Shown here: positions 12,501-27,900 of the stretch, piece by piece | How the letters are laid out: every line of letters starts with the position of its first letter | How positions within the stretch are numbered: position 1 is the first letter of the stretch | Assembly: GCA_964057225.1 (NCBI GenBank) | Contig: OZ059896.1 | Location: forward strand, 17,360,001 to 17,424,000 | Length of the DNA: 64,000 bases | Direction: 5' to 3' | Origin: Auanema rhodensis | Taxonomy: Eukaryota; Animalia; Nematoda | Position numbers and translations under genes: made by a program | Notes under the pieces: model-generated | Seen by the model: only the letters and a program-made list of their open reading frames with translations | The model's database searches: none | Told to the model about the DNA's origin: nothing

Positions 12501-14842
12501 AATCAAATAGTTAAAATATGGGACAAAGATTTCAGTCATGTAGAGTAATAAACAGTTCGGATTAAATAAATTAACAACATTTCTAAAACTGTGAGGTATT
12601 TACAGAATTTGAATTTTGTAATCATAGTAATTGGTCATATTTTCTAATTTGAATATTACCGACAACGATTATCGATTTTCTTGAGCTTTAAATGATTATC
12701 TATGTGACAACGATCTCAATTAAGGGAAGGAATTTTTAATTGTTTTTAAGTGTGTTCGGTTGTTTAGAGGTTTTTTATTATATTATTTCCGTGTTGTGTA
12801 TGAGTTAGCTTTATGCTAAGTGCTAGCAATTGTAGTTTTTGTATCTATAAATCATAGTTTCCTTTGAACGAGTGTTTAGAAAAATTATTAGCTCTAAAGG
12901 TAAAAGCGGACCTTTTTGAGGAATACTCTGTAAAGAACCGTATAAGCACACATTACCAGTTTAATTATCAGAATAGAAACAACACAATATCTCACGAATT
13001 TGCATGAAAACTTACTTTTGTTGTTTTAAAACATTATTTTTGTTCAAAAAATCACAAATAAATCGAGACAAATGTAGAAAGTTATGCATATGAAATTAAA
13101 AAAAAAGCTGTCAATACGTTATGGAAAATTCTCAATAATATAGATTCATGAAGCAAAATCGTCGCACGAAATTTTTTTCTCAAATACGTAGTCATTGTAA
13201 TCTTATTTCTATATGAATTAAGATTATTATATTATTATAATCATCTTCATTATATATTTCAATAAATAATTTTATTAGTCTTTTTCACTGATTTTGATTT
13301 TCATCTCTTGTAAATTCTGAGTTTCTTTGAAGGAATTTTTTGGCCTATATGCAAGAAATTTGCACTACAGCTAAAAAATTAATTTTTTTTTAATTAATTG
13401 AAAGTAAAATTTAAAAAACAAGTTAAAAATCCGTATACTATCACTAAACATCAATAAATTATTCAACATGATTTGTAAAATATTCCAATGAACCGGAAAT
13501 TCAAAGAAATTTTTTATTTTATTTTTTAAACGAACATTTGTGACATTTTTTCTCAAATCATTAATCCCCTACTACAACCGGTTAAGTATATTCACTAAAA
13601 TTATAGGAAATACTGCCCCAAAAAATTCTATTTTACCTAATATAAACAAAATAGCACATAAATGGAGGATACAAGACGTATCGACTATTGCTAAGAAGTT
13701 TAATCCGTTGTTTAGAAAAAAAACTAGAAACAGATGATGAGTATAAGAAGTATACGATGTAATTGTACGTATATTGCATACGAATAAATAATTTTTTCAT
13801 ATTAAATAACATAAAAAGTATTCAATGAATATAAGAAAGATGAAAAAGATAAAACATCCTGCTTATTCTGTATGTATAGTTTCTCTAACTGTTTTTCTTA
13901 TATTGCACTTAGTACATGATGATGTTGAGCATTTTCTTCTAAATATTATATGTAAATTAGTGACTTGAACAAGGAATATATAATATTTGAAATATTTTAT
14001 GTATAGACACATCATGTATATAGTTTACTATTATAGAGTTGCCTATAATTTTGGCTAAATGACATACTGAATGTTAATGTTAAAAATAAAAATAGCTAAC
14101 TAAACTTTTATTTTTGTTATTTGGGACGTTTATTATTTAGACAAGTTTTGCGTGCTGTAATTATGAAATTTGAGTATTAATTTTCATTAATGTTTTACAA
14201 GTTCTAAGTTATATGACACAATTTTTTTTAGAATATATATATTCTAAAAATATATATATATATAAAGAAGCATAGCTCAAACTCTTCTTCCGCTTTTCTT
14301 TTTTTCTCATTGAAAAGGAAAATAGAAGAGAATAGAGAACTTTTTTAAATTTATGTATCACTCAGAACATTGTGTGTGTTGAATTTCAAATTAAATAATT
14401 AAACGGATGATTGAATAGAATATATTTTGATGAATTAACTTCTAATTTCTTTGTGATAATTCTTGTCCTGTGCATATATATTTCATATATAATGTGTTCT
14501 TGCTCATATTTTAAGATTAGCAGCATTAACTTTCAAATAATTCTTCATGCTTTTCACCTACAAATGTGTATTTTTTTGATTTTTAATCGTATGAACAGAA
14601 GAAAAAGAATCAAATAGTTGAAATAGTTTATTATTCTTCAGTTTTTGTTTTGTTTTGTATAACAATAGAATTGATTAAGTGTTTTTTATATTGTCTAATT
14701 GTATTCTAATCCCTTTGAAACAATATTGTCTAATTGTATTCTAACCCTCTAATACAAACTTTTCTAGATTTTTAACTATTTATTAATGTTTATATAAGAA
14801 TTCGTTAACTTATGATAAATATTATATTTCAAATTATAGCAG

Positions 14843-15969
14843 ATGGAGCCTTCGGTTATCAAAGATGTTCAAAAAGTTATGGCAAGCGTGATTCTGTTGG
14901 GTGTATTCTTTGGTGGACTAGGAAATGTTATGGTTGTCTATATGATTGTTAAGAAAAGGCATCTACAAACAAAGTCGGGTACGTTGATCAGAAAAAAGTA
15001 AAATAGTCGAAAAATATGTAGCAGATATGTTTATAGGTGTATATATATGTTTTTAGGAATTTTGCTGGCAATTACAGCTTCGTGTCATTTGTTGTGTCTT
15101 TTATCAGAAATTGTTCATGCCGTTTATATCATTCTTGATTCCACAATAGACGGAGAATTTTGTTTCAAAATGCTTCTGCCCTATGAATTTTCTTTATCAT
15201 TGCAATTTGGAATGTACTTAGCAATGATTACGGATCTATTGCTAGCAACTGCTAAGCCTATTTGGTATAATCGGGCTAACACTTTGAATTTCGTATTTTA
15301 CTGTACATCTCCTGCATTCATGTTCGCAACCATTGCCACTGTTTTTAGCGTGAAATACCATGAAGATGTAGAGATACCAGAATGTAATCCAATCGTCGGT
15401 ACATAATTCATTTAAAAAAAACATAGTATTACTGATAATTGAATTATAGTTTTAAAACCATTTTTTGCACAAACACTTGTTACTTCATATATTGGATTGA
15501 ATACATTAACGCTGATGGCATATATAACAACTATTTCTGTATTTTATCTAAGTACTTTCTTCTTTCTAGCAGATATCAAAATATAGATTCAGGAAGATCA
15601 AAAACATCATCTCAAACTAAACAAGTTATGAAACGACTAAGCGTGATGGCTCTTGTATTCATACTAACGGGTTACGCAAATATGCTTGGAGCCACATTGT
15701 TGTATCTAGTGATGGACGTGGATAAAGCAACAATGCAATTCATGCAATCAACTCTGGTAATAATTTGCCTCGTTTTCTATTAATAATTAAATATTTATAA
15801 CTACATCTTATAGGTAGTTTTTGCAATTCTCAATTATTCGCAAAATTTTTACGTCACTATCTGGAAATCTACAATGTATCGAAATGCCTTTATTGAGATC
15901 GCTTTAGAAAACAACATTATTCCGTGCATAGCTACTCATTACAAACAGCGGAAATTGAGTCAATCGTAA
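14843..15969 (+). CDS. Srsx-family chemoreceptor, copy 3 (diverged in patches)
   Basis: Same exon structure as copy 2, with clustered substitutions (VVYMIVKKRH, EFSLSL) and a stop 3 codons earlier. Confidence 0.88.
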
Positions 15970-18900
15970 TAATTATAGTATGATCATGATACATCATACA
16001 ACTCTAAATATTTATAGAAATCGAACAATACAAAAGCCTAATCATTCATACTCCACTGCTGTTAGTTGAACATGATCTAGCCAGATACCATCAATTAGAC
16101 AACATTTTATAATTCTATAGGAATAACGAAAAAGTAATATGATGGAATGAGAATACAGGATTTACCAATAATATCGATACAACTCAAGAAAATCGATAAT
16201 CATTTAAAGCTCAAGAAAATCGATAATCGTTGTCGGTAATATTCAAATTAGAAAATATGACCAATTACTATGATTACAAAATTCAAATTCTGTAAACACC
16301 TCACAGTTTTAGAAATGTTGTTAATTTATTTAATCCGAACTGTTTATTACTCTACATCACTGAAATCTTTGTCCCATATTTTAACTATTTGATTATTTCA
16401 TGTTTTGTTTTTAATAAAAAGAAAAGTTTTTGATAAATGAAGTTATTATCAAACTCTGTTATTTATAGCTGTAAATTTATCTGGAAGAATAACAGTTACC
16501 GTCCAGTGAACATCATTCACATTTCTATTGGCATCACCAAGAAGAACAGTAACACAATTTCACAGTTGGAATACTATTACTAATTACTATTATATTTGAA
16601 AATAAGTTTCATCGGTATATGTACCTGTCATATTTACATTAATTCAAGATACATATATGTACCAGTTAATTATGATGAATATTTTATTAATATAGTGTTT
16701 GTATTATTATCAGTAAAATAACAATATAATTTCTTGAATAAACTCCAACAATAAAATGATCAATATTGCTATTATGCTAATTTTAAATGTTAAAAAACAA
16801 ATATGCCTGAAAGTTGCCTTGATCCGTATGAATTTCAAAGATCAGCTTTTTTATGTGCGTAAGGAAAACATCGAAAATTAAAATTCTATTAGTTAGATCC
16901 TGCTGTTTGACGATGTGCTATAAACTATTACCAAAACCATAAGTTACAATGAAGATAACATGTATATGCAAATAATATTCGAGAATATCAATTTATAAAG
17001 TTATGGTTTCTATCATGTTCGAGTTGCTCTGAAGAGTTCAATATAATAATTATACTTTCTAGGTCTTTCTTTCGCATCTTTCGTTTCTATCTTTCTCGGA
17101 CTCATAATTTTTTTCTTTGGCTGTTATTTTTCTATTTTTTGAATGAGTATGAAAGGAACAACGTTTTTTATTAACTTCAATGTGAGAGCAGTATGTACCG
17201 AATTAAACTTGTAGTTGATTATGATTGGGAGTATTTTACAATGTTCTGTTATGTAAATAAAAATAGGTTGATAATAGGACTACGGGCATGCAAAATACAG
17301 TTGAAGTTTGGAGTAACAGATTCAGCTCTACAGAGATAAAATCGTGTGCTAACATAATTCTATAGAAGCGGTGACATGAATAAAAGTTTTTTTTTGAAAT
17401 AGCAATAGATTTCGTAAAATGGACATCAAGTGCATGATATTATTTTCCATTAATTTATATTAATATATAATTTGTATTTATGTTGGGTATACTTGGAAAT
17501 ACAAAAGAAAAAACTATCTCTGAATGTAAAATATACTGTAGAAAAGGAAATGAGAAAAAGAAAATTTGCAAACAACGCGAGCTTGATAACATATATCTTA
17601 TTTTATTCATCGTTTCACAAATATTCAAGTATTTTTGCACAGTAAATAATTCTAAATTAAAAATTTTTTATATTTGTTGCTGAATCTTGACATAATACAA
17701 CATGAATAAAATTATATTTTCATGAAAAATAACAGAAAAGTTCAATTCTAAGAGAGGAGAGGTGCGTGTTCTATGCTTGCCCCCGAAACTATGATGCGTT
17801 TGTAAGAGAAGTAGAAGCTTAGTTAATCATCATGATGAACATTTGCAAAATTGTTCTAACATGATAGTTGGCATGAGAAACATTCACGTCTCTCATATTA
17901 AATCAGAAAAAGATTGTTACTATTTTTAAGTTTCTTAATTAGTTCGGCCAAATATTACATTGCAACTTGATTGTTCTTAAGTCTGAAATATTTTTTCGCC
18001 CTTAGGCTTTCTATAGTTTTCTTGCCTACCACTTGTAAGTTATTGAAATAAAATACATGGACTTCTTTTATTCAAAATATAACTTTAGTAGTACATCGTA
18101 CATAAATAAAAACCAAATGCGCAATTACATATCTTACTGTTTATGCTATTTATAATATACAAACCTTTTTTCAATAGAAATTATTTACTTACACATATTA
18201 ATATAATGTATACTTGCTTACCATGATTATAATATATGAATTTTCTAGGTGGAAATTTAGTGCTCGGAAGGATGTTCCCGCTTGTTTGGATGCTTCAATA
18301 TATTCAAATAGTTAACAAAACATACTCCAGCTATGCATAAAACTATTCCAAAGAAGACCGTCTTTTAACGGTAGATGATGATGCAGCTGTTTCATCAGTA
18401 ATGTCGGAAAGATTTTAAAACGTTAATGAAGGGAAGAAGGAATGAGATACCAAATAGGTGCGGCTACCGTTTGTAATCAATCTATCGTTTTCTTAAGCAA
18501 AGGAGTAACCTTAGTAGATCATCTCTCTGCTCTCATTCCGGCACATCTCAGAGAGTAACTAGAGATCATATGAACATGTGAGGATTGAGAGAAAACAAGG
18601 CTATGTTTGACGCATTGAGTGATAGCTGACCGTGTTGAATAGTGAGAGAGAAAGGTATATGAAGAGAATGGAACAAACTGTTAAGGACTTCAAGAATATG
18701 ACCAACGAAACGACGGAAAGGTCAAGAACTTCATAAGCACACACATACAAGCTTAATGAGGCCGGTAAACGACATGAAACTGTGATATTTGATTAGCAAA
18801 TTATGGAAATACTTAATGTTTGACGATAGCATGCATGTTGTTTAGCCATTTACGTGCATTTAGCTCATTTCATGGTGTCTTCTCTTGGATAGTAATTGAT

Positions 18901-21900
18901 TTTTATTCTAAAATAATCATATGAAGTTAATGATCATATAAGCTTCATTTGGAAGATAAGAAATGTTATTTCTTATTACAAATCACTTATATACTTTATT
19001 AATGATGAAACAACTGAAAAACTAAGGACAGTTTTTTATTTTTAAGTAACGTTTTGATATTTTCGTCCACATCCTATATATTCCACTATTTTTTCTTTTA
19101 CCCATTGACATATCCCTCATCGTTTCACGATTTTCTTTGAAGATAAACAAATCAAGCTGGCTTCAATATTGCCATTTGAGCATCGCATCCATGTCCAAAT
19201 GCATAGGTTCATAAGTAAAGTCAATAGTTTGAAAGAAGAGAAGAGCTACAGGTACAACGATATAAATATAATCAAACGGAGAGAGAGAAAGGTAGTTGAT
19301 TAGCTTCCGGCTAACGGTCAACTCGTCACGGCGGCCGACGGTTGTCAGGCGTTGTTCAAGTTTACTGATCGGATAAGCTAATAACAGGTTAGTGTGTATG
19401 AGAATGGCAAATCTTTCTTCTCTCCCATCATGTAGAGAAACTAATCCTGTTACTCTCACAGTCTCAATCGTTCTTCAATTGAATGTACCTCTTAAATAGG
19501 TCAAACCGTTTCTACCGCAAAATACTTGTTTGCTCACAAAGTTTTTGAAGAGAAAACTCATTATTAACTTTTCATTCCTATAGGTAATCATAATGTTTAA
19601 GTATGAGAAAGTGTATTTTTGATATTAGATCAAGAAAAAGGAAGGAAAACAACACCTATAAACATTTTTTTCTCAAAATGAGTAGTACAATTCACGGAAT
19701 TCGCTATATTTTGAGGAACTTGATACGAATTAATAATTATACGTATGTGAGAATGTTTTCTTCCTCATTGTTTGAGATTGAAAAACAGATTTGAAATGGC
19801 TTCTGTTGGCTAGATCCCCTCTATTTGGTTAGATCCCCTCTATCACGTACAGAATGGAAGTAGAATTATTGCTGACCTTTAAATCGTTATGCACATCATC
19901 ATGTAGTAAAGTAGAAAGTAAACAACAAGTTAAAAAGGAAGACGAAAACGAAAGGAAAAGCGACAGGAAACGTGGGATAAGCCGATAGATAATCGTTTAT
20001 ATGTATGTATGTCATGCTACATCACCTTCATCTACTAGCCAAAGAATTCGGGATATTTCTACCTACATTCCTAAGCTTCGGATAGTCTATAGTCGGCTTG
20101 TTAGTCAAAGGTTAAGTATATGATGTTGAATAAGACATATGCTCTTACATCTAGTTCATGATTTCGTAAGTAAATACACACTTATCTGAAGATAAGAGTA
20201 TCATAAATGATCAAGATTATGAGGATTTTATCTTTCACAAATTCACAAACTCGATTTGATGTAAATGATAGTTAATATAATATTTTTAAGGTTTGATAAA
20301 CGGTTTTGTTGATTGGAGATTGAAGCAATTTCTCGCTCTCTATTCTAATTTGACTCTTTAAATCTTTTTATTTAAATGAACTGTATACGTATGTAGCTAC
20401 TACACCTCAATATTTCATGATTAATGTGGATTTTTTCCTTTTTTTCTCTCACTTTAGCAGTAAGTTTTCTCATAAATAAATATTGCAACAATGAAAGGTA
20501 TGAGTACAAATATAAGAATCATCTTAAAACTTGGTTTAGAAGTTCATAACTGATTTTCCGTTAAAAAAAACTGAATGAAACTTCTAAGTATAAAGCTATT
20601 TGATCAATTTTTGAATGCTTATACACATTGACGATAAGGGTGATAATTCACTTTTTTTTGGCTTTATTGTTGAGGTAGATCTTACCATGTAACATGATCT
20701 CATCAAACATAAATATGTAAAGTTTACAAAAGTTCATGGGATTTATATTACTGTCTCCAATTTCATTATATGGAGATTATACTGTTATGAATAAACTTGT
20801 TATGCACAGCTACGTGAGCATGTAGAATCAGTGACCATAGTAGCCTTTCTTGTTTATTTAACCGTTTTCCTTGTCACACTGCGTTCATAAGAGAGAAAGA
20901 GAGAGGTATGGACGAAAGAGAGATAGATATGAAGAGATTACAGACACGTGAAAGAGAATACGATAAACCTCGATGATGATGACAACGTCGTTCAACGAGG
21001 AAAGGACACGGAAAGTGACCGACGATATTAGTAACAGAAGCATTCGCATCATCCTTAACAATAGTTACAACAGTGCAACAGCAGTAGCAACAGAAGCAGC
21101 AGCAGTTAACAACACAACAAGCAGGATTCATCAGATGATATGAAGATGATGCTGTTCGACGGTCATCGTCTGGCCATTTAACAGCAGAACTGTATGATGA
21201 CGACAAGAAAAAAAATAACGATGAGGTCGGCTATGAATGAAGAGGTGTGTATGATGCACATTTCCACGATACAGCGTGAAAGATGTTGATGATGATGAGA
21301 CTGATGGTATACAAAGTGTCCATTTGAAGTTTTGAGAGAATGTGAAAGCAATACGTGAGCCTGACTCTATAAATACATAAAACGAAAAGTGTTCTTCCTT
21401 CTTGTCGAATTGACTTGTCTACTGAAAGACGAAGAACTACTTGAGTCATCACGTCTTCAGACTTACGAGTTTTTGGAGTGTCATGAACGACACGATTCTT
21501 GTGCGCCTCAGGGTTGTATGTGAATACCACGCTTGGTCATTTAGAGGCTGACGATGAGCCTCCAATCAGTCTCTTGTACTAATTGATAAACTCATGTTAT
21601 TAAGATTAACTTTAAATATATAGTTAAATTCTGCAAAAAAAAGGATTAAATTCTAATTTATATGCCTGCTGCTCAAGTACGTTTGCATGGAAAATTGAAT
21701 TGAATTCTGAAGTTCTAAAGTCAGAAAAGTTGAACTGATGAACTCTCTCTTTCTGATTATATCTCACTCTATTTCATGCATCCATATTCAATCGTTCATA
21801 TCTATCAAGACCTATAGTAATTATATGTTTCAAGCTTCTTAACTATGCAATATTATGAAATAATAAATATCGTAATCATAATTACATACGTATATAACTT

Positions 21901-24885
21901 GTTAATTTTAATTTTATCCTCATCATCTTCAATATCATCTTCTTATTATTTCTCTTCTTCGCTTTTTTTTGTTTCATAAAGTCATTAAATAATTTCGTAT
22001 GTAATGAATGATTCACATACATTGTACGTGTTACTACAAACAGTTGTCGATTTTCTTTTTTGAAATCATTTAGCTTTTCAGCCATCTGATTTTGCAACCA
22101 GATTTTGATTTAAACCATTTTCGAACTCTTCTATCTTCATTCCAATTTTCTTTTTTTTCTTATCTTCTTTTCTTTCTTTTACTTTATTATTACGTTTTTG
22201 ATATCTTATATTTTTATAATTAATATCACTTGTTTTTTTTTAAGTTTACTTGTTACCTGCCCCCCCCATTACTCTACGTTTATTGCTAATTCTCTCACTT
22301 CTCATTTTTTTGGTTATTTTCATCTGTTTCGGAATCTCACTTAACTGTGTATAGTATCAACTTCATGAAGAAGCAGTTGTTACCTTATGTCGGAATCCAG
22401 AAAAGAGCATACCGTAATAGTCTGGTTGTCAGCTGTTCCGGTCGTAATCCTCACCCTAAAACGGAGCCGACAATTAGGCTTTCTTTGGCACAACCAGGCA
22501 AAAAGTTAGCTATGCTGAATGCCGACGTTTATGAATCGAAAAATAGACTTTTAGTGAATGTATGGAGATAATAGAGACTGAAAGATAGAGAGATAGATGG
22601 CATAGTTTGTAAAATCCGAGAAACATCAAATAAAATGAGGAGAATTAGAATAATGAACATCACATATAGCATCGTCGTTCTCCAATCCAAATGATGTTCG
22701 TCTATATCTTGGCCATCTTCTTCGTCTTCAATAGCGGAAACGACGACATCGGAATGATGACGCCCTTTGTTCTGCGTACAAGAGAAGATGAAAATCCAGA
22801 TGCTATTTCTCATTCCTAGTAGTTGAGTTGTTTGATGACCATCTTAAACTGAATGAGCTAGCATAGTAGAGATATGGGTCTATGTGAGCAGCAGCAAATG
22901 CCTGCCCGAGATGACTGGCTAATACGCACACACAAGCTATAAATCGTAGATCAATCCTGCCAGCACTTTAAAATTAAATCAAAGCTTTAAGAGATACTAG
23001 GTTAGCTTATGATGAGAACGATGATGATGATGATGATGTTGAATCTAAATCTTTCATGAACACACATACATACTGACTCCTCTATATTTTCAATGGATAC
23101 AAGCTTATTAGCATTTCGCGCATTTCACGTTTTTCACGTTTTATATGTTCTCATATTGTTTTTGTCACCTTACAATTCAAATTGAACCCCCTAATATTCT
23201 AATTTTAACAAGGAAGTTTTTATATCCTGAATAAGCTTGATAGTATTTTATCTGAACATATACATATTATATAACTTATTACATAATTTATATTATATAT
23301 ATATAATAAAATATTATTGAGAATATGGTTTAGTCCCTTCTTATTTGGCCTTCATTTAATATAACTCTATATTTTTATTTTTTATTCATTTAGTCATCGT
23401 AAATCTGTGATTTCTTCCTCTTTTACATAATTTAACAACTGGTCGCCATGCTTTAATACAATCATAAACGTCTTAAGTAGTATAATATATAGTAATACCT
23501 AAGGATATAAGAATGTTGAACTGTTTGATGAGAGCAGATGCGACAAGCTCCAACAGGCCATAGAACAGTTCGTTAATGGTTGATGAGGTTGCCAATGGCT
23601 ACTTATGTTTTTCTTTAATCTTTCGTATTATTCTCATTATTAACCATATTTATATAGATAGTATAGTCAATAAAATTATCATAGATTTATAATATATAAC
23701 AACAAGAACAAAATACTAGTTCTTTTCCAGACAATTGAGCTATATTTTGCTCAATAAACAAGAAACAACAATAAATAATTGAAGCCTAAAAGTGTAAAAA
23801 AAACAGTTTTCTTGTTCATAATTCTCTTTGATAATCTGTAATCATGAAAGATTATTTTCGTTTATTAAATAGTTTATTTAGCATCATCTATCTGCAATCC
23901 CAAAATCATATGGCTTCTTATTCATGTATACGATCAAGTACTCTAAGCCATTGAACACAGACATCTTTCTCATGAAAGATTTTCATTTATCCGATTCGAT
24001 AAATAGGATTTCTTCAGATTTTTACTAAATTAAATACTTATATGAACAATGATCTTTTAGTTTTGATGCTTTAATTGAGCATAATATCATGCCGAAACTA
24101 TTTTTCTCTTTTTTTTCCAGTTTTGCATGATTTTCCCATATCTTCAGTCCAGTATAGCACTTCATCAGATACGGTTTGAGCTTACAAAGAGACATTTGAG
24201 CATTTGACTTACAATATCTCTTCATATCTCTCAATATCTCTTCTACCCTCTCACCATATCTTCTGCTATTTCTATATGTATATGTGTGAGCTTTTGGATA
24301 GCTGTCCCTTCTTGCGGGACAGTTCAATAAGAAAAGTGATAGAGCTCAACTAAGATAAATCAATAGCTAGATGGAGATAAGTATATTCGCGAGAAAGTGA
24401 GTAAGATAGAGGTTGAGTGAGAGAGTGAGAGAAAGTGTACGTGGAACAGCTTGAACTTCTTGACACTTCCGCAATAACTGTCCAAATTTAAGCTGTCAGC
24501 AAAAAGCTCCCATGATTTCTATTAAAATCGAAAGAAAAACGTTCCCGAAATCAGTAGTGCTTGTCTCTGCATGCCTGTTCACGTCATACAGACATCTTAA
24601 GGCAGATACTGAAGTGCACATACATACACAGATACACTCGTTTTCTAAATTTTGATGTTTTGCTCGGACAACCAATTGACATGCTCGTATCGTTTAGATT
24701 TCACGTGAACTTATCCGTTTAAACAAAAAAATTGAATTTTAAAAGACTTAAGTGATGATGAGGTGAGACAGAGAACATATGAACAAGGTTAAGAAAGTGA
24801 TTGTGTATTGAGATATATCCAGAGAACACAGAGAAAAACAATACATCAGAACAAACCATTCACTAAGACAGTTATCTTATACTTC

Positions 24886-24953
24886 TCTCTTTTTCTCTCT
24901 CTCTCTTTCTCTCTCTCTCTTTCTCTCTCTCTCTTTCTCTCTCCATCTTTCTC
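24886..24953. repeat. (CT)n / CTCTCTCTCTTT microsatellite
   Basis: Directly visible; other GA/CT tracts at about 27356-27390 and 30680-30707. Confidence 0.9.
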
Positions 24954-27900
24954 TCCAAACTCCTTTTTACATCTTATTCTCTTTTAGCTTTTCGTTTAGT
25001 TTTTATAATCATGATCCACAAATCTCTCAAACCTTTCTTCATTTTTTTGTCTTTCAGTTGAACAGACGAGCAGAAAGGTCAAATTCTCATCTGCTTTTCC
25101 ACCCTCAGAAATATATTCGTGTGTGCATCATCTTCATCATCTATATCATCACACTATCACCGCTCTTATGTTCATCGAACAGTTTTTTTTCAAGATTCAT
25201 TTTTTCGTCTTAAATTTCTTGAAAAAAAGACTCAAAAGCCTGCTCTAAACTCGTGCAATTTCTTCAAACGTTTTATCAATATTCATTAATATCACGTTCT
25301 CTGGATTTTTCTGATTTTCACGTTTTTTCTCGCTCAATCGTTTGATTTTCTAACATTGCTTCATACTCTTTACTATTGAGTTACAACGGATATCTCATTA
25401 ACCCCCGACCATTCTTAACTTCTTTTCTCCCTGTTTACCACCAGCATTTCCCTGTCTATATGACCGACGTTCCTATGGCATATACGAATCATCTGGCTGT
25501 TTCTGTACTGCTACTTGCTATCCAATACAACCGAATAAACTTTATATCCCATGAAGTAGCCGCTAACTTCATCTGACCAGTCCAGTCATATCTACACCAT
25601 CTGGAAGTTCAACTATCGTATGTCCTATCCGGCTGGTGCTGGTTAGTGCCATTGCCTGCGGCTCTTTTTCCACCTTCACATTAAGTTTTTTTCACTTCTC
25701 TTGCTCTTTCAGCACAAGTTTATCTCACACCCTCCTACCCCCCTCAATCTTCTTCTCTTTATATCAAGCTTCTCTTTTTTTTATTTTCGAATCTTTAAAG
25801 CTTCATATTCAATTCTCATTTCTTCTATCTCTTAGTCATTTCTTTAAAATATTGTTCTGTTTATTATCAGCTATGCGTATAGGTCAAAGAAAGTAATACA
25901 GCATATCATGTCATCTGGCAGTTACAGATCTGACCTCCCTTTCCTATCTCTATCTCTCCACGTGCACACACGCGCACACAAATCTTTCTTCTCTTGAGTT
26001 TTGAGTCCAAGCAGATTAGTTCTACCAGACTGTGACACCTTTGTGCGACATATCTGATCAGCTTGAAATTAGCTATCAACTCACCTAATAGACAAATTAT
26101 GAAATTTAGTTGATAAAGAAGCTCGAAGCTTCCTTTTCATCACTCCATACAACTCAACGATCATATTATCAAAGGCCACGCTTTGAGTTCATAGCTACCA
26201 CATGAGAGAAAGTTGCTATTTCTTGAATTTTCACCTTGTTCATCATCTATTTCTCTGGTTCACTTAATGTTTTATCTTCTGTGATCACCTTCTTTTGAAG
26301 ATCCATAGTTCCCGTGTACGTGGGTGCAAGCGAGTACCAGCCTGTTGCTGCTTGCAGCTAGTAATGTTCCTGAACGAGCCTGTCCTCTTGCTCTCTAATA
26401 TCTCTCACGTAAATTTCTTATATTCTCTGCATTTCAAAGATTCAAAGAGAAATAAAAAGAGAAAAGGTTCTGCGTATATCTATTAGAAAAGTAAGAGATA
26501 TGATATAGTGAAACCTTGTACAATGGTCAAAATCAAAGACCCGCCACCAGCTTCCAGAGATAGAGAGAGCCAATATGGCAGTTCAGATCAGTCAAACTAT
26601 CCCTTATCTCATCAAATAGTTCACATAGACTCAGCTAACTAATGATCTTCAACTCATTGAAACATGAAGGTTAGAGTGTATGAGAGTAAAGATCTATTGA
26701 CATAAAACTTTTAATTTTCTTCGTTTGAATTAGAATATTCTATATAGGTTATATATTGATTATTTGATATATATTTCAAAGAATAGTAAGAACTCTAGCT
26801 AATGTACATGCATACATTCATACGTATATCAAGATCACATTCAAAGTCCCACTCATCCAGCTGAATTTTGAATTCAACTGAAATCATTTGTCAGCAACGT
26901 GTAGGCTCAAGCATCTGGAATGCTCAATCGCACTCGATCAGACTGAAAATGACTCATGCAACAGCTTTTGAGATCTGCTTCTGCGGTCTGTGTTTTATTC
27001 ATGCCAATTGTAAACTCAAAACAAATTATAATCTTCTACTTGAACGTTTTTTTCTTTATCAGTTTCATTCAATTAAAATTTCTGACTTGCCAGCTATTCT
27101 TAGAATGACAGATGCTTTTTCAAAATATTTAAATTACTTTTTTTCTTTTTAAAGTTGTTTCTCGAATAATTAGAGTTTATGAATTGTTTGAGTAATAAAG
27201 AGATATGGAGGGAGATATGTCTGTTAGCTATCTGGTTCACATGGCATAACCTTTACATACAGTTCTTTCGTGGAGATTTATTGTTATTCATCTTGCCCTT
27301 ACTATTACTTAATACATGATTTCGAACTGAGTCGTTAAATGAGAGCAAGAGATTTAAGGAGAGGGAGAAAGAGAGAGAAAGAGAGAGAGAAGGAAATAAA
27401 ATGAAAAGAGAGCAGTTGAACAAGGGAGTACAGAAATGAATGAAGAGAGTTAGAAAGCAAGTTTGAATTTACTTTTGCACACATCTTGTACTCAATCACA
27501 TCTGGACTGCCTTCCTTCTAGCCATTCCATCTTGTACACTTGCTTTTCGACCAGTAAACATGAGATATTCCTAGATTAATACTTGATTCTTCCCTCTTAT
27601 TTCAATACTTAGATAGTGTATACGTGGACATATCATGTCACGTATGCTGGCACAAGATACATTTCTACTGGCTAATAGACGCGCACCGGTTGTTGCATTT
27701 ACTTCTCTTCTCCATCATACTCCCCTATTTTTCTTTCTATTTGTCTCTTCAAATTCGTATGTTCTCTCATTCTTTTTTTCTTTTTTTTCTCCATTTTTCT
27801 CAGTTAGCCCTTGTAACATCTTCCATCACCTTTACCTCACTTTGCATCTCTATTATATTCTTTAGAAGTTTTTAGGCTGTCAAGTTAACTTAACCCCGGT

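Larger units (their letters stand above)
4381..17021 (+). repeat. Tandem segmental duplication block (promoter + srsx gene + 3' flank)
   Basis: The 3' flank recurs at about 4381, 6060, 9648 and 16047. The promoter recurs at about 7470-8447 and 13070-14842. The ORF track shows identical translations at these offsets. Confidence 0.95.

Noticed and set aside
20668-20710. let-7-family seed TGAGGTAG within a small hairpin
   Set aside because: The stem is only about 14 bp, a 22-nt mature would run into the loop, and the 3' half matches no let-7 family member I know.
27213-27265. miR-50/190-like start (AGATATGTCTG) with a weak fold-back; similar seed-only hits at about 21423 (miR-71-like), 32085 (miR-2-like) and 53612 (miR-83-like)
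   Set aside because: The hairpins are too short or bulged, and the sequences diverge from known matures beyond the seed.
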